Assembly: GCA_964016885.1 (NCBI GenBank)
Contig: OZ024741.1
Span: 297,166,001 to 297,230,000, forward strand
Origin: Eledone cirrhosa
Taxonomy: Eukaryota
Direction: 5' to 3'
DNA: 64,000 nt
The notes under the pieces: generated by a model
Database searches by the model: none
What the model saw: only the letters and a program-made list of their open reading frames with translations
Told to the model about the DNA's origin: nothing
In this document: positions 34,401-49,400 of the stretch, in pieces
Numbering within the stretch: position 1 is the first letter of the stretch
How the letters are laid out: each line of letters begins with the position of its first letter
Program-made: the position numbers and the translations under genes

Positions 34401-37400
34401 GACACCAGTAAGGTGTCAATCAAGTTATATATGGCGGAGTCATACCCAAAGACTGGTGCAGCAGTATACTTGTTAATTGTAACAAAGGTAAAAGGGATGT
34501 TCTGGAGAGGAGCAATTATAGGGGCATAAAACTGATGGATCAGGTTATGAAAGTGACAGAAAGAGTGCTAGCACAACTAATTAGAGAAAGGGTCAAATTA
34601 GATGAGATGCAGTTTGGTTCTGTGTCTGGGCAAAATACAACAGATGCCCTCTTCTTGGTGAGACAATTACAAGAGAGGTTCTTAGAGAAGAACAAGCCAC
34701 TATATTTACCTTTTGTTGACCTAGAGAAGGCCTTTGATAGAGTACCCCGATCTGCCATCTAGTGGTCTCAAAGGAAACTAGGTGTAGAGGAATAGCTTGT
34801 GAGGACAGTGCAAGCTATGTACAGAGGTGCTGTCAATAAGAATGGAGTTTAGTGAGGAATTCCAGATACAAGTAGGAGTTCATCAGGGTTCGGTCCTTAG
34901 CCCATTCTTATTCATTATAGTTCTCGAAGCCATAACAGAGGAGTTTAAGACTGGCTGCCCATGGGCACTTCTCTATGCTGACGATCTAGTACTTATAGCA
35001 GAATCAGTAGAGGAGCTAGAGAATAAATTTCGGCTGTGGAAACAGCAGTTGAAATCAAGGGGACTGAGAGTGAACCTAGCAAAGACTAAAGTATTGATAA
35101 GTAGAAAAAAAAGACAAGACTGATTCCATCAGGGAAATAGCCATAGTCGATATGAAGAAAAGGAGTTAGCATAAACTCTATAGAATGTACGCAATGCAGA
35201 TCTTGCAGAGGTGTAGAGGGATAGCAGGCAAACTAACAGGAAAGGAAAACTTCATATGTAGTAGATGTTCAGGAAAAATTGATAGTAGAAGTGTCAGTGA
35301 TAGGCACATTTTTCAAATGCAGGTAGGATCTATAGAGGTGGTTGATAGCTTCCGATATCTAGGTGATCAAATTAGCAAGGGAGGGGGATGCTCCGAAGCC
35401 ATAATATCTAGAATAAGGACAGGATGGAAGAAATTTAGGGAGCTGCTTCCTCTGTTGACAACAAAGGGTTTCTCCCTACAAAAGAAATGTCGGTTGTATG
35501 ATACCTGTGTGAGATGCAATGTTGCATGGTAGTGAGACATGGGCAACAAATGAGGAGAGAAATGAAGCAAGCATGCTCTGATGGATGTACAATGTCAATG
35601 TGCATGAACAACCAGGCATGGATGAGTTGAGAGTGAAGCTGTGTACAAGAGGAACAAACTGTAGTGTACAGAAAAGAAGACTGCATTGGTATGGCCATGT
35701 GGTGTGCATGGAAGATCACCACTGGGTGGAGAAGTGCCAAGTAATCCCAGTGGAAGGAAGACCAAGAAAAACATGGGCGGAGGTGGTGAGAGCTGACTTT
35801 ATTCAGATCGCTAAAGTAAGATCACAGAGATGACAAAGGAACATGACAAATGAAGAGATGCTGTACTAAAGAGGACCCACCTCACTCTTACAAGCAGGGA
35901 AAAATCGGACGTAAAATGATGATGATGAAGGGCATTTAACTATAAAATACTGTCTCAAAAAAAAAAATCACGATAGGTATAAAGCTCATCATGGGGCATG
36001 CAAGGCAAATGCTTGCTTAGCAAGAACAATGTCCTTCAAACACTTATAAATATAGACTTTACTCTCACCAAAATAACAGCCAGATACACTTTACTATACT
36101 ATGTGAATCATATTTGAAATAGGTACACTATATTTCCACATATCGTAAGAGGTGACTAAAAGGGTTGGAATCAGGAAGGGCATCCAGCCATAAAACACTG
36201 CCTCAAAAAGGATTCTATGATTAGTATCATGGTAATGAAAGTGTTATGGTTGAATTAAGTTTTCGTCTCTCACAGAATCAATATATCATGGTGTGATAGT
36301 TGATAAACTTTACTTGGTGTAGCTTCTAAAATGAATTGTAACTATATTTCTAAAATAAAAAGTTTGGAGGAATTTTGTAAAGTAATTAATATTTTGATCA
36401 TGAAGTTCTTATTCGGAACATAACAAAAAGTTCTGACATAAATTTATGATGAAAGGCTTTTAGATAAATATATACACTTTAAAACAGATTTGTAACACAG
36501 AATCAAGGGCAGTTTCAGGTGGTTTGGTATCTAATTTTTCATGGCCATATTTCAATTAATTAATAAAGAATTTTGAAGGATTTACTAAAATTATTAATCA
36601 TTTCATTACTAAGTAACTTAACATATGGTTCTTATATAAGATTATGTTGGAAGATTTTAATTTAAAAAGAAACCCTTTAAAATGAGTGTTTCTGTTTTAT
36701 AGAACCAGAACTTGTTTGGGGCAGGTTGGTCTCAAAAGGGTTAAAATCATTTATTACAGTTCACACCTATATGGATTTAGTTGGAGTCCTATGAAGTTAC
36801 ATCTTATTGTAGACCCTTTGGGTGTTTTAATGAAAGGAGTTCTTGTCATATCATGAAAAGCAATGTGAGAGGAAGCATTTTGCTCAATAACTCATGGTGC
36901 TTGATGAAGAAGTGAACCCACAAGCTTATGATCCTGAGTCAAACACTCTAGCCATCTTTACTGTGAGTGAATTGTTAAATCTTGCCAAAAAAAAGGGTCA
37001 GAAGGACCCCCAGTTGTGTCAAAGACATGACAACCTCTCCAGTGCACTTGGTGAACTGGACATAAAGTGAGATGCAGATCCCTGACCTGCCTGGGAGATC
37101 AGTACTGACTTCTATGTAGACCCGTCCAACCCTTGCTAGCAAGGAAAGCTGACATTAAAAGAACGGTGATGAATAATAATGACAAAAAATATACACTTAC
37201 TGTTTTATCAATTTGAAGAGATTTTTTAATTTCATTGTCCATTTGTATCAAAGTAGATTCAGTTTGTAAAACTAAAATGAACAGAGCATTCTGTTACAAA
37301 ATGTTCTTGAAAATAACAAAACCAGGTAAATTCATTGCAAAAATATTATTAAAGAGAAAATAGAAACCTTCAATTCAATTAGCTAACAAAAAAATGATAG

Positions 37401-40400
37401 TGTTACTTAGGTAAATAAAAGGTTTCATAACTCACTGTATTGTTGGAAATTTACTGAAAACTTTATTATATAGTGGTAGTGACTGAACTGGGCTAATGGA
37501 GGGTTGAGAGGACTCTTTAGTCCTGTTGATGACACTGCTCTACTGCTAGTACTACAATAAAATGCACCTAATACACTTGTAGTGACCTACATTCCGCGGG
37601 CTCACATACATTCTCTGTGCGTGATTTGGCTCAGCTCAGCCAATCAGCGCCAGTAGAAGAGAATGTATCCCTACGCGCCCTGAGGGAAAAATTCCCGCTT
37701 TAATTTGAGAAATCTCTCTCTTGCAACCTGAACATGGTAATGTAAAGACCTCATGGTCTCTTGCTGCTTGAACTCCAAAGGAACGACATGAACAATATGT
37801 AACGGTGAGATTTGCACTTTGCCTGCCGGCCTGCCTTGGGCGTAGCACAATGGCACATTCCTTTTGTAACCTTTTTATGTTCAACTTCAACCATACAAAT
37901 TAACAAACATTACTTTGTGCTACAACAAAATAAACATACATTTCATCTCACGAACATTCTTCTTGTTGACGTTATTATCATGTTACTCGTTTGTCGATAT
38001 AACATAAACACATCTTTCTACCAAACTGATTACTCGTGGCGCTACTAACAATAACACACTAAACTGCTAAATTGGTGACCTGACGTGAGGAATATTGTAA
38101 ATACAAAATATTCCTTTTAAAATTTTAAAAAAATTAGCAGTATTTCAAAAACTTTTCGCCACGAGGAAATTTCAAAATGGCTACCGACAAGTCTACAATC
38201 AACAACAACAGCGACAACATTGTTTAACCACTAACCAACAACAGGGAATAGTGATATGGCAGCTTCATAGCCTTACCGACGCAACCACCACACATCATAT
38301 TGTTTACTTCTATGCTTTCACATGTATTTTCAAAATTATAGCCCGGAGACATTTTTTTTTTCTTTCGATACGGCTTTCTGCAATACAAACAAGCAACACC
38401 AACCTTATATCACACAAGGTGGCAGGACGGTAAAATGGCCACGAAAACTCTCAAAAACAATATACATCTAACCCCTAGTGGCATTAACAAACTTCTTTTT
38501 CAGTTTTCAGATAGAACTAGTGTCAGAAAGTCTGTATACTGGTGATGTATGAACTATTTGACTTTGAACTTATCATTGAGCATTAATTTCTCTGCTCCCT
38601 TATATTGACTTTGAATTATCAGTTTGTTACATTCACATATTTCTTTGTAAAATGCATTTACTTGTTTTGTGCTCTTTTGCTATTTGCTTGCTCATGGTTT
38701 TTATTCATTCACATTCTTTGCTGTATTATATGCCTGCATATGCACACATATTTCTTTGACACACACCAACATGTTGTTGTCCTTAGCATAACAACCTCCA
38801 TCTTGTTACTTTACCCGACTCACTGGGAAAACAACAAATGGAACTGGACCTGTCGGCATTTCCACCATTTCTATAGATTCGCTAGAGTTATGGAATTTAC
38901 ATTTCAACTACTACCCACCTACAGATTCAACTTGCTTTTATATTTTCAAAACAACCAGTCATTTTTTCCTGGCTGCCTAGCACTTTCGGCAATACATCTG
39001 GGAGGCCGACATTTTCTCGCCAGCACTGGTAAACTACCATAATAGCTTCATCCACAGCTACTGATACAACACTTACCATTAACATTTAATACAAGAACAG
39101 CAACTTCGTCCATGTCAGACTTTATCTGTTTTCTGTTAGACCCCTGGTGGTCATGCATAAATAGCAAAACAGCTAGTCATTTGACACAGCGGCTCAACAC
39201 GGCCTTTAGCACCTCATTTTTCTTCTTGCATGTATTCTTTTGTTCAATTTTTTCACTGATGTGCTCTTTCAGCATTTTTCCCTGCTGATTCAATAATCTG
39301 TATCGTCGTACGACTAGAGGGGGAGTATTGTAGTGACCTACATTCCACGGGCTCACATACATTCTCTGTGCGTGATTTGGCTCAGCTCAGCCAATCAGCG
39401 CCAGTAGAAGAGAATGTATCCCTATGCGCCCTGAGGGAAAAATTCCCGCTTTAATTTGAGAAATCTCTCTCTCGCAACCTGAACATGGTAATGTAAAGAC
39501 CTCTTGGTCTCTTGCTGGTTGAACTCCGAAGGAACGACACAAACAGTATGTAACGGTGAGATTTGCACTTTCGCCTGCCGGCCTGGCACAATAGCACATT
39601 CCCTTTGTAACCTTTTTATGTTCAACTTCAACCATACAAATTAACAAACATTACTTTGTGCTACAGCAAAATAAACATACATTTCATCTCACGAACATTC
39701 TTCTTGTTGACGTTATTATCATGTTACTCGTTTGTCGATATAACATAAACACATCTTTCTACCAAACTGATTACTCGTGGCGCTACTAACTATAACACTT
39801 ATTAACTGCTAAACACTCTGTAAAGTGGTAGTGTTGGTTTCAATAGAATGCACCTAGTCCACTCTGTAAAGGGGATGACAATTGAACAAAGAGAATATTT
39901 TTAGAGAAGACTCTCCAGGCTTTGCTGAGAACATGACTTCTCTAGTACTGGTGCCTCAATAAAATGTACCCAATACACATTACAAAGGGGCAGTATAGTA
40001 TTGAGGCCATGATAAAATGCACCCAGTACACTCTCCAAAGGGGCAGTGCTAGGCCATGATAAAATGTACACTGTAAGATGTACTGCATTTGGTGTGCTAT
40101 ATAAATTAGTAATGCCAGTGCCCCAATAACATGCACCCAGTACACTCTGTAAAGGGCCAGTGTTGATGTCATAAAATGCACAAAAAATACTCACATTGAA
40201 TCTTTTCTTTTTTCTTCTTTTCATATTTTTCCTTCTTTTTTCTTTCTTTTTCTTCTTCCTTTTCATGTCTAAATACAAGCAAAAAAAAAAAAAAAAAAAA
40301 AAAAAGAAAAAGGTTTTTGAAATTTCAAAAAATTGATGACCATAAATTCAATTTTAGTCAGTTGAGTGGTTTTAAAAACATTTATAACCATCAATAATAA

Positions 40401-43400
40401 AATACAAATAGTTAACTACTGAAATTTATTCCTTTTGTAACCATATTTCTAATGAAAGAGATTGCCTAGGGTTTTTAAAGATCTTTGAAAATAATAAAGA
40501 ATTTGGGGGAGTTGATAATATACCTGTTTCATTATTAACAGGTCAGTGAATTGTCAAACATGCATTGCAGCATATAGTTACAACCCTTTACATTCTGAGT
40601 TCAAATCCCACTGAGACTAGCTTTGCCTTTAAAATAAAGCACAAGTAACACACGTTGATTTAATTGACTTTCCCCTTCCCTTCAAATTACTGGCCTCATG
40701 CCATAAGTAGAAACAATTATTAAGTTGGAGTTTGGAACATAATTTAAAGACTTTTATGATGGAAGATTTTTAGATAAATATAAACACACTGAAACAAATA
40801 GTCTTGTATGTGTATGGAATATTTACAACTAATACCTACAAGGTTGTGTCTCATCCAGTTCTATCATGAAAGCAAAGTGAAATGAAACGTTTTGTTCAAA
40901 AATACAATGCACTGTATGTATGTGCATATATATAACTACACACTCAAATAATGGAATGCAGGAACACACTTCAGCAAAATGCAGGCCCCTGAACTACCTC
41001 AGAGGTCAGGAGGTTTTGCTTGAGTACTAACTTGGTCTGCGGCAAACTCTCCAGGCTTTGATAGCAGGAAAAATAGACATTAAGCGATGTGGATATGGCT
41101 TAGTGGTTAGAGCATTGGGCTTGCAATCAAAAGGTTGTGAGTTCAATTCTCAGACCAGGTGACGTGTTGTTTCCTTGAGCAAGACACTTTATTTCATATT
41201 GCTCCAGTTTACTCAGCTGTAGAAATGAGATGAAAGGACTGGGGTCCCTATCATTCCACTGCAAAGTGGTCGTGGAGGTGCCACGGCAAAAAAGCACCCA
41301 GCACTCACTGTAAATGAGGTTGGTGCTAGGAAGGGCATCCAGCTGTAGAAATCAAGCCAGAATCAGTTCCCGTCCCACCCTTGCAAGCAGGGAAAAGTGG
41401 ACGTAAAATGAAATGATGATGATGATGAAATGAGTCATTAGATCAGAGTGTTAAATTTATCCTTTTACATCCATTTTTCCATCCTTGCATGAGTTGGCCA
41501 GAGCAAGGGAAAAGACATTAAATGATGATGATGATGAAAATGCAAAAGTGCTGTGTAGAGAGTTGGAAAGATGTTATATAGCAATCTTGCTTTCTTCAAA
41601 GAAACGATAAGAAGAATTCTGAACTCATGCGCTTTAAGCAACTGAGAACAGAAGACTGCCATCTGAACATGACACTAACCCATTACAGTTAGATATCACT
41701 CATTTACAGCTGAATAAACTAGAGCAACATGAAATGAAATACTCTTTAATCTCAAATAATCGTCACCCACCTCCCTCTTATTCCAACCCCCTCGCCTATT
41801 AAATTTTGCTAATCTATCTCCGGCGAAATTTTATTTTAAGTGGTAGCATTCCTACAATAATTTCTTTAGACATTAAAAAACATTATACATCATAAAAAAA
41901 GTACATTACTAGAAATCCTATACGTTATAAGATATATAGTATGGATTGGGGTCTCAATATGTAAACTAAATGACTAATTCTGGGTTTTTTAAATCAACAG
42001 AGACAACCTAAAAACATTACCAATTTTCCAACCCTCCCCTATTATTTGGGACCTGAGAGTACTTTGCTGAAGGACACAATGCATCATCCAATATGGGCAT
42101 TGAACCTGCGCCATTATGATCATAAGACCAATACTCCTATTAGGCCAGGTTGTGAGGTATAATGTATCATCATTTTCCATGAGGGTTATCATGGGCTGGG
42201 ACAAGGGAATAGCTGGATCACTACGTCTTGCTCTTATATTCAATATTTTGGCATAACTTCTTGGGCTGGATGGTCTTAACGATAACCACTTTACAGAGTG
42301 TACTGGGTGCATTTTATCATGATATTCGTACTATCACTGGATTTTTAAAAAAAAAAAATAAATAAAAAAAAAAAACCCCAACCTTCTTTCTCTTTCTAGT
42401 CTCTTTCTCCTGGTCTCTTCTTCTTCATCAACAGTGTCTTTATTTTCAGAAGCTGATGTAGTAGATTTATTAATACTGCCGGCACTTCCAGTTGTTCCAG
42501 ACTTATCATCGCGAACGGGCCTTTTTTCTTTTGTTTTCTCCTACATAGAAGACACACACATTATATATATATATATATATATATATTTACACACAGACTT
42601 ACATTTACATCAATATTTCCACAAATATGTAGAAGCAAGTTAAAGTGATAGCATTAATTAAACTCATTCATTACCATATTTCTAATGAAAGACCCTGTCT
42701 ATGATTTTCAAATGATATTGAAAATAATTATGAATTCAGAGAGATTTAGTAACTCATTAATAAGTTGGTGTTTAGAACATAAAAGTTCTAACAAAATTAT
42801 GGTGGAAGGTTTTTAGTTAAATATAAACATGTTAAAATAAACAGCATTATAAAGATAATATAAAGGATAACGTGCTCATGTAAAGAGATGCTATAAAATA
42901 GGGGTGAACACCCTTAGAAGACAGAAAAAGAAGTTGCTATCAGCCGCTATGAGGAATTGAACCCCATATCTCCCAAATACCAGCAACTTCTTTTTCCATT
43001 ATTTTAAAGCACCTCTGTGCATGAGCACTTCATCCTTTATATTAACCATATATTGTCAGTGTTAAATATCTTCTTTGTTAACAGCTTAATATCGTAGCAC
43101 TAGGAACAGTTCCAGGTGAGTTGATATCAAAATAGTTGAGGCAGCCCTCCTGCAGCTTACACAAATACTTAGACTTCACAATACTTTTTCAGAATAATTA
43201 GATACAAATAACAGAATAAAGAATAAAATATCAAATTACCTCTTTCTTCATTTCTTTAACTTTTTCTTTTAATTTTTCTTTCCTGTTGATTTCTTTAATT
43301 TTATTCTTGTTTACTTCTTGTGGCTTATTCTAAGATGGAAAGGAAATGTGGATTAACCTTTTTGCTACCATATTTCTAATGAAATATATAGCCAATATAT

Positions 43401-46400
43401 TTCAATTAATTTTGAGAATAATAAAAAATTTGGAGGGATTTACCAATATAACTGTCTCATGAAACTATATTAGCAAGACGTGTGAAAAATACAAAGGAGA
43501 AATATGACTATACTTACATTAAAAATTATAGTCTTTATTCTAATATAGCAGATTTTTAGAATGATCTGCACAATAGTAAAGATACTATAAACATTTGAAT
43601 TAACAAAAATGTTTATAGATATTTTTTGCTAAATAATCACATTTTGATGCAAGTTAAGCTGGTGTTTGGAACATAAAGGTTGCTACATAAAATTATGATT
43701 GAAGGGTTTTACAGAAATATAAACATTTTAAAACAAATTATGCAGAATGATATCTATTCAACAAGATGAATCTTATTTTAAGAAAACAATTCTAAAAATA
43801 TAAATCTACTACCTTCTTATTCTTTTCAAGCTCCTTTAAATTTTTGTCCTTTTCTGTCTGAACTGGCGGCACCGACTTCTCAGTTTTGTTGTCACCAGGC
43901 ACATCATCGACTACATTGGCACCTTCTTCATCATCAAGATTTAGGTCCTTTTTCAGTTGCTTTGAATGTCCCTTCTTTCTACGCCGACCAATTTCTTCCT
44001 CACTGTCTACTTCGTCATTAACAGCCACAGTTTGAGACTTTTTCTCATCTTCATCTGTGTCCTTCTTCACAGGATTCTCATCCTCATCTTTATCCTTTGA
44101 GACACTTTTCTTGGATTCTTCTGGTTCGGCCGTAGTTTTGTTTTTTTCTTCTTCTTCAGAATCAGAATCTACTTTCTTAACTTTCCTTCTGTTTTTATTT
44201 ACTGGAGTTTCCTAGAAAAATAGAAATGGCAGAGAGAAATAAGTCAATATCCTCATTCTTTTTATGTCCACTGTTCCAGGCTGGGTTGCAACCCAACACA
44301 TGATGATTTTTTTGAGTCAGCCTTGTACAGCTGGATGACTTTCATGATGCCAACAACCACTTATTTTCGCACCTACAACTGATGTACTGTGGGACATTGT
44401 TTATACAAGATATAAACAAATACCACCATTTGAACAAGCAGTATCAAATACAAAGTGAAGACATGAGAAAAACCCAAACCCACACATACAGGGTGTGGAC
44501 GATATTTGTTCACAATTTTCAACTGCTAATTTTATGCAAATTTTTTTTACTTCCATTGTCACTCTTGTCTTCATAAAAACAGTGACTATATTTCCATTAT
44601 TTATTTTCAGAATAATTGATTATGAATAATTTTGAACCTCCAAATTTGTGAAAGAGACACGGAGTTCTTCTTGGAATCCGCGCCGGGAGGACAAATAAGG
44701 AAATTTCAGACTTTCTCAGCATCAGCAGGAGAATGGTGGAAAAGGTCAGAAATGAATTGGAAGATTTAGGATTCGACTACGAAGCAACATCAGAGAGGAA
44801 AACACATGATCGACGATCTGACGCCTTCAGAACACCCGAGTTCGTCGCCGAAGTTCAGGATATCATCAACAATGAACCTAGCAAGTTGATGCGTGCCATT
44901 GCAAGGGAGAAAGGCGTGGATGAAAAGCTCATTAGGCTGGTGGTACATGAAGACATTCGCTACGTTTCATACAAGATGAGGAAAGGACAATTTCTGTCAA
45001 AGGTGATGCAAGAAAAGCAACTGAAGCACGCAAAGAAGCTGATCAACAAGTTGAAACACCCACTGGAGCCAGATATGCTGTGGTTTTTCTCCGCCGAGAA
45101 AAACTTCTGCCAAGACCAGAAGATCAACTCCCAGAACAACAGGTGGCTCGCTGTCTCATCCAAAGACGTTCCCAGAGTCAACATTGGTCTTAGGTGTCAT
45201 GCCACCTCACTTCTTCCCTGAGGGCCTCAAGCTGAACACCGATGGCTACATCCGCGTTCTGAGCGAGGTAGTAAAGCCCTGGATCGACCAGGTAGCTGCA
45301 GGTAAGCCGTATGTGTGGCAGCAAGACTCAGTGCCCTGCCATACCAGCCGAAAGACCTAAGCCTGGCTGTCAGAGAACTTCGTCAACCACACTTCACCTG
45401 ACATCTGGCTCCCCAGCTCGCCTGACTGCAACCCCCTCGACTTCTTTGTGGTGTGGGCGCAGTAGAACGAGACACCAACAGATCTAGCTGCAATACGAAA
45501 GACGATCTGAAGGCCAGGATCACAAGTGCCTTTAGGGGCCTAAGTCGGGGGACAGTGACGAAGGCCTGTAGCCGGTACCGAGGCCGCCTTGAGCTGTCAT
45601 CAAAGCCAATGGCGGGTTTATCGAGTGAGATCGAAATAACAAGTCATGAAGACAAACTGATCCATGTTTGATAAATATATCTTAAAAAATAAAACTACTG
45701 TGTTATTTTTTCCTAGACAGTAATCTTGCGAACAAATATCGTCTGCACCCTGTATATTATGGCTTTCCCCAATTCACATCAACCAGATTCATTTACAAGG
45801 TATTGCCTATCTGGAAGCTATAGAAGATACTAGTTCAAGGTGCCAAGAAGAAATTGAAAATTCCTAAATTTTCAATGAATACCTCAGTAAAAGTCAAAGT
45901 GCATACATAGTTGAGTGGTTAAGCACACTGCATGACAATGTGGGCAAGTATCTTTAATGTATAGCCTTGAGTCAGTCAAACTGCATAAAGTCCATTGGAT
46001 GGATGAATTATATTGTGCAGCCTTATAACATACTTTCAGGTCTACCAATTTAAATAAGCAAGTGGAAGATATTGAATAATGTAATGCAAGATACACTATA
46101 TTTATCTGAATATGTAGTTATGACTGAAACACCTTCAATTATGTCTGCTCAAATTGACCTGACCAGGGAGAATGAATATCAAGAACAATAACAGAACCAA
46201 CCTCTTTAACTTTCCGTTTTAAATCCTTTTTCAGCTTTTCTTTCTTTACTACAGGTTTCTCTTTTTTATGTGAAACTTTTTCCTCTTCACTTTCTTCTTC
46301 CACTTTTAACTCTCGTTCTTTTAACAGAGCTTCAGTAGCCTTCTGAATGGCTTCCTCTTCAACTTGTTTTTTTCTGAAATTTGACAACACAAAGTAACAT

Positions 46401-49400
46401 TAAATAAATTTCAGAAAAGGAAGTAAATTTTAACCCTTTTCTTACCATAGTGCTAATGAAACTCAAAGCCTATCATTTTCAAATAATTGTGAAAATAATC
46501 AAGAATCTGGAGAGACTTAAGAATATAACTAACTTTCTCATTATCAAATTGGTGTTTAGAGTATAAAGGTTATGAAAATTGTGATAAAAGGTTTTTAGAT
46601 AAATGTAAACTGCTCTGTATGTATTATAGAATCTTATGATGCCAGCACTACAACTTCATAAAGTATATTGAGTGTACCTTATTGCAGTATCAGCACTAGC
46701 ACTTTCCAGAATGAACTGGGTGTATCTTATCATGACACAAGCACAAGGGAATATATAAGATTACAGAAAAAAAAAACAAAGAAGTCACAAAATGTTTCCA
46801 GACCTTTCTTCTTCCGTTTTTCTCAATTTTTCAATTTCTTTCTTTCTCTCTTCATCCCGTTTTTTCCAGCTGCTCATCATATCTTCAGAATCCTCACTAT
46901 AGAAAAAAAATCAAAGAAAAAGATCAATTTAAATGTTTGACCCACACAACTGCAGGTATGTCTGTATAGTCAAGGTGTTTGCTTTGCAACCTTGTGATTT
47001 CGGGTTCACCCTCACTCTGTGGTATCTCAGCCAAGTGTCTACTACTATAGCCTCAGGTTGATCAATGCCTTTCAGTGAAATTTAGAAGATGGAAACTCTA
47101 GAAACCTGTCATATTTTATATGTACAACTGTCTGTGCATGTGTATCTCTCTCGCTTTACATTTGTATCTGTGTGTGTGTGTGTTTATGTCCTGTAACTTA
47201 GTTGTTTGACAAAAAAGAAATTGATAGAAAACTTGAAAAAATAACAACTAGAGTCAATGTGATCGACTAAATCCCTTCATGGTGCTGCCCCAGCATGGTT
47301 GTAGTCAAATGACAATGCTTTAATTTGTTTTCAGTGCAAGTAATTTACACTAAGTATGATTTCAATCATTACAACAGAGTGTAGTTATGACTGTATCAAA
47401 ACATTCATCCAGTATCAGACATTATCAAAGAGTGTTGAGTCAGATTTGCACAGCATTGCTGGGGAGCTAAAGAAGAAGAGTTATCAGAGGATGCCAAGCC
47501 AAGACCTATATCAAGGGTCTTCCTCTACTGCAGCATTCTTCCACTGAGATTATTTGGCACTTCTTCCCCCAGTGATCATCATCCATTTGCATCACAAATT
47601 CATACAAATGCAGTCTCCTCTTCTGCACACTACATCTGATTCCTCATATACTCAGTTTCTCATTTCATCCATGCTTTGTTGTTCTTCAACATTCTAATGA
47701 AGCATGGTTACTTCATTTCTCTGCAATCTCTGTCCATGTCCCACTACCATGCAACATAGCACCTTGCACATAGGCATCATACAATTGACTTTTCATTTGC
47801 AAGGAGTAGGGTAGCAGTTCCCTGAAATTCTTCCATACCATCCTTATTCTAGCAAAGTGACCAATGTAAATACATCTCACTTTAGTGTTTGGAATACTTA
47901 TTACAATTTGGTAAATTTTAAAAATACTTACCTATCACTTGAAGAAGAAAGGCTGTCTGCTGTTACTGTGACAGGAGCTTTTGACTGACGGCGACCACCT
48001 CCACCACCTCGCCCACTGGAAACTTTACGATTTGCACCTATAAATTAAACAAAACAAAGAAAAATTGCTGATCTAAAACATTATGTGACAAATATTTTAA
48101 ATCAGCTAACAATAATAGTATTGGTAAATTCCTTTAGTCCCTCAAACCTAGCTGAAAACTCTACCACACATTCTCACTGTAGCAACAGCTAATCTTTTAA
48201 ATGATTGTTCTCAATATTTGGGGGTGGTTATGTACAATAACATGGAAACTAGAGAAGGCGTAGAGTATAGCTGAAAACATTTAGCTAGAAAATCTAGTTA
48301 CTTCCCAATACTTATGTAGTACAAAATACACCTAAGAACTTTACCAACGACTGAGATATTCCATTACAATAGGGTTTTCAGCATTGCTCAAAAGTTAGGG
48401 TCACATTATACATCAGCTCTATGAAAATAAATCAAATATTTAGGGGTTACATTATGCATGAAGTAGATTTATACACAAATATATATACATACGCATAGGA
48501 CTGACTATATACAGTATATAAACCGATGTATTACTGAGTATATGCAGTATATTCACAGTACTGAGTATATACAGTATTTATACATATAACCAATACTGTA
48601 TGTTTATGATATATACACAAACATATACATAATACTGAGTATATACAATATATGTACATAAACATAGACTGAGTATATACAGTATATCATCATCATCACC
48701 ATTTTATGTCCATTCTTCCACACTAGCATGGGTTAGACGGGTTGTCCTGTTGTGGGCAGTGCTCGGTCGGTTGACCTTGTCTTGCTCATACAGGAACTGA
48801 TTTTGGCTCGATTTCTACTGCTGGATGCCGTTCCTAACACCAACCTCATTTACAGTGAGTGCCTGGGTGCTTTTTTTCCGTCGCGCCTACACGTCCACTT
48901 TATAGTGTGGTCTGGGTGCTTTTTTGCCGTGGCAACTCCACAACCACTTTGCAGTGAGGGCATATTGTCTATATGCTTCAGCTTTGGCTTGTACCCATGG
49001 GAAGTCAGGTCTTCTGCATTACTGCATGACGCCAGAGGTCTCGGTTGTGGTCGGCTTTTATCGCCTCATCCCGAGTCTCCTTGAGTCTCCCCACTCCGCG
49101 CTTCCATCGACTTCTAGTGCTCTACACCTTTTTATGCAGCTGCCATCCTTCATACGCATCACATGTCTATACCAATGCAACCGCCTCTCCTGCACACAGC
49201 ATTTGATTCCTCTTATGCTCAGGCTCTCTCTCTCAATTCGTTTATGCTTTGCCATTCGTGTATATTACTATTACACATCCATGCAAGCTTCGTTTCTAAT
49301 CTATGCAAGTCTTCTACAGACAGCGCCCAGGTCTCACTACCATGTAACATTGCTGTTCGTATACACACATCATACAGTCTGCCTTTCATTTTGAGGGAAA

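Noticed and set aside
41090-41160. tRNA gene candidate
   Set aside because: A and B boxes are present but there is no proper cloverleaf, and it continues into a SINE body.
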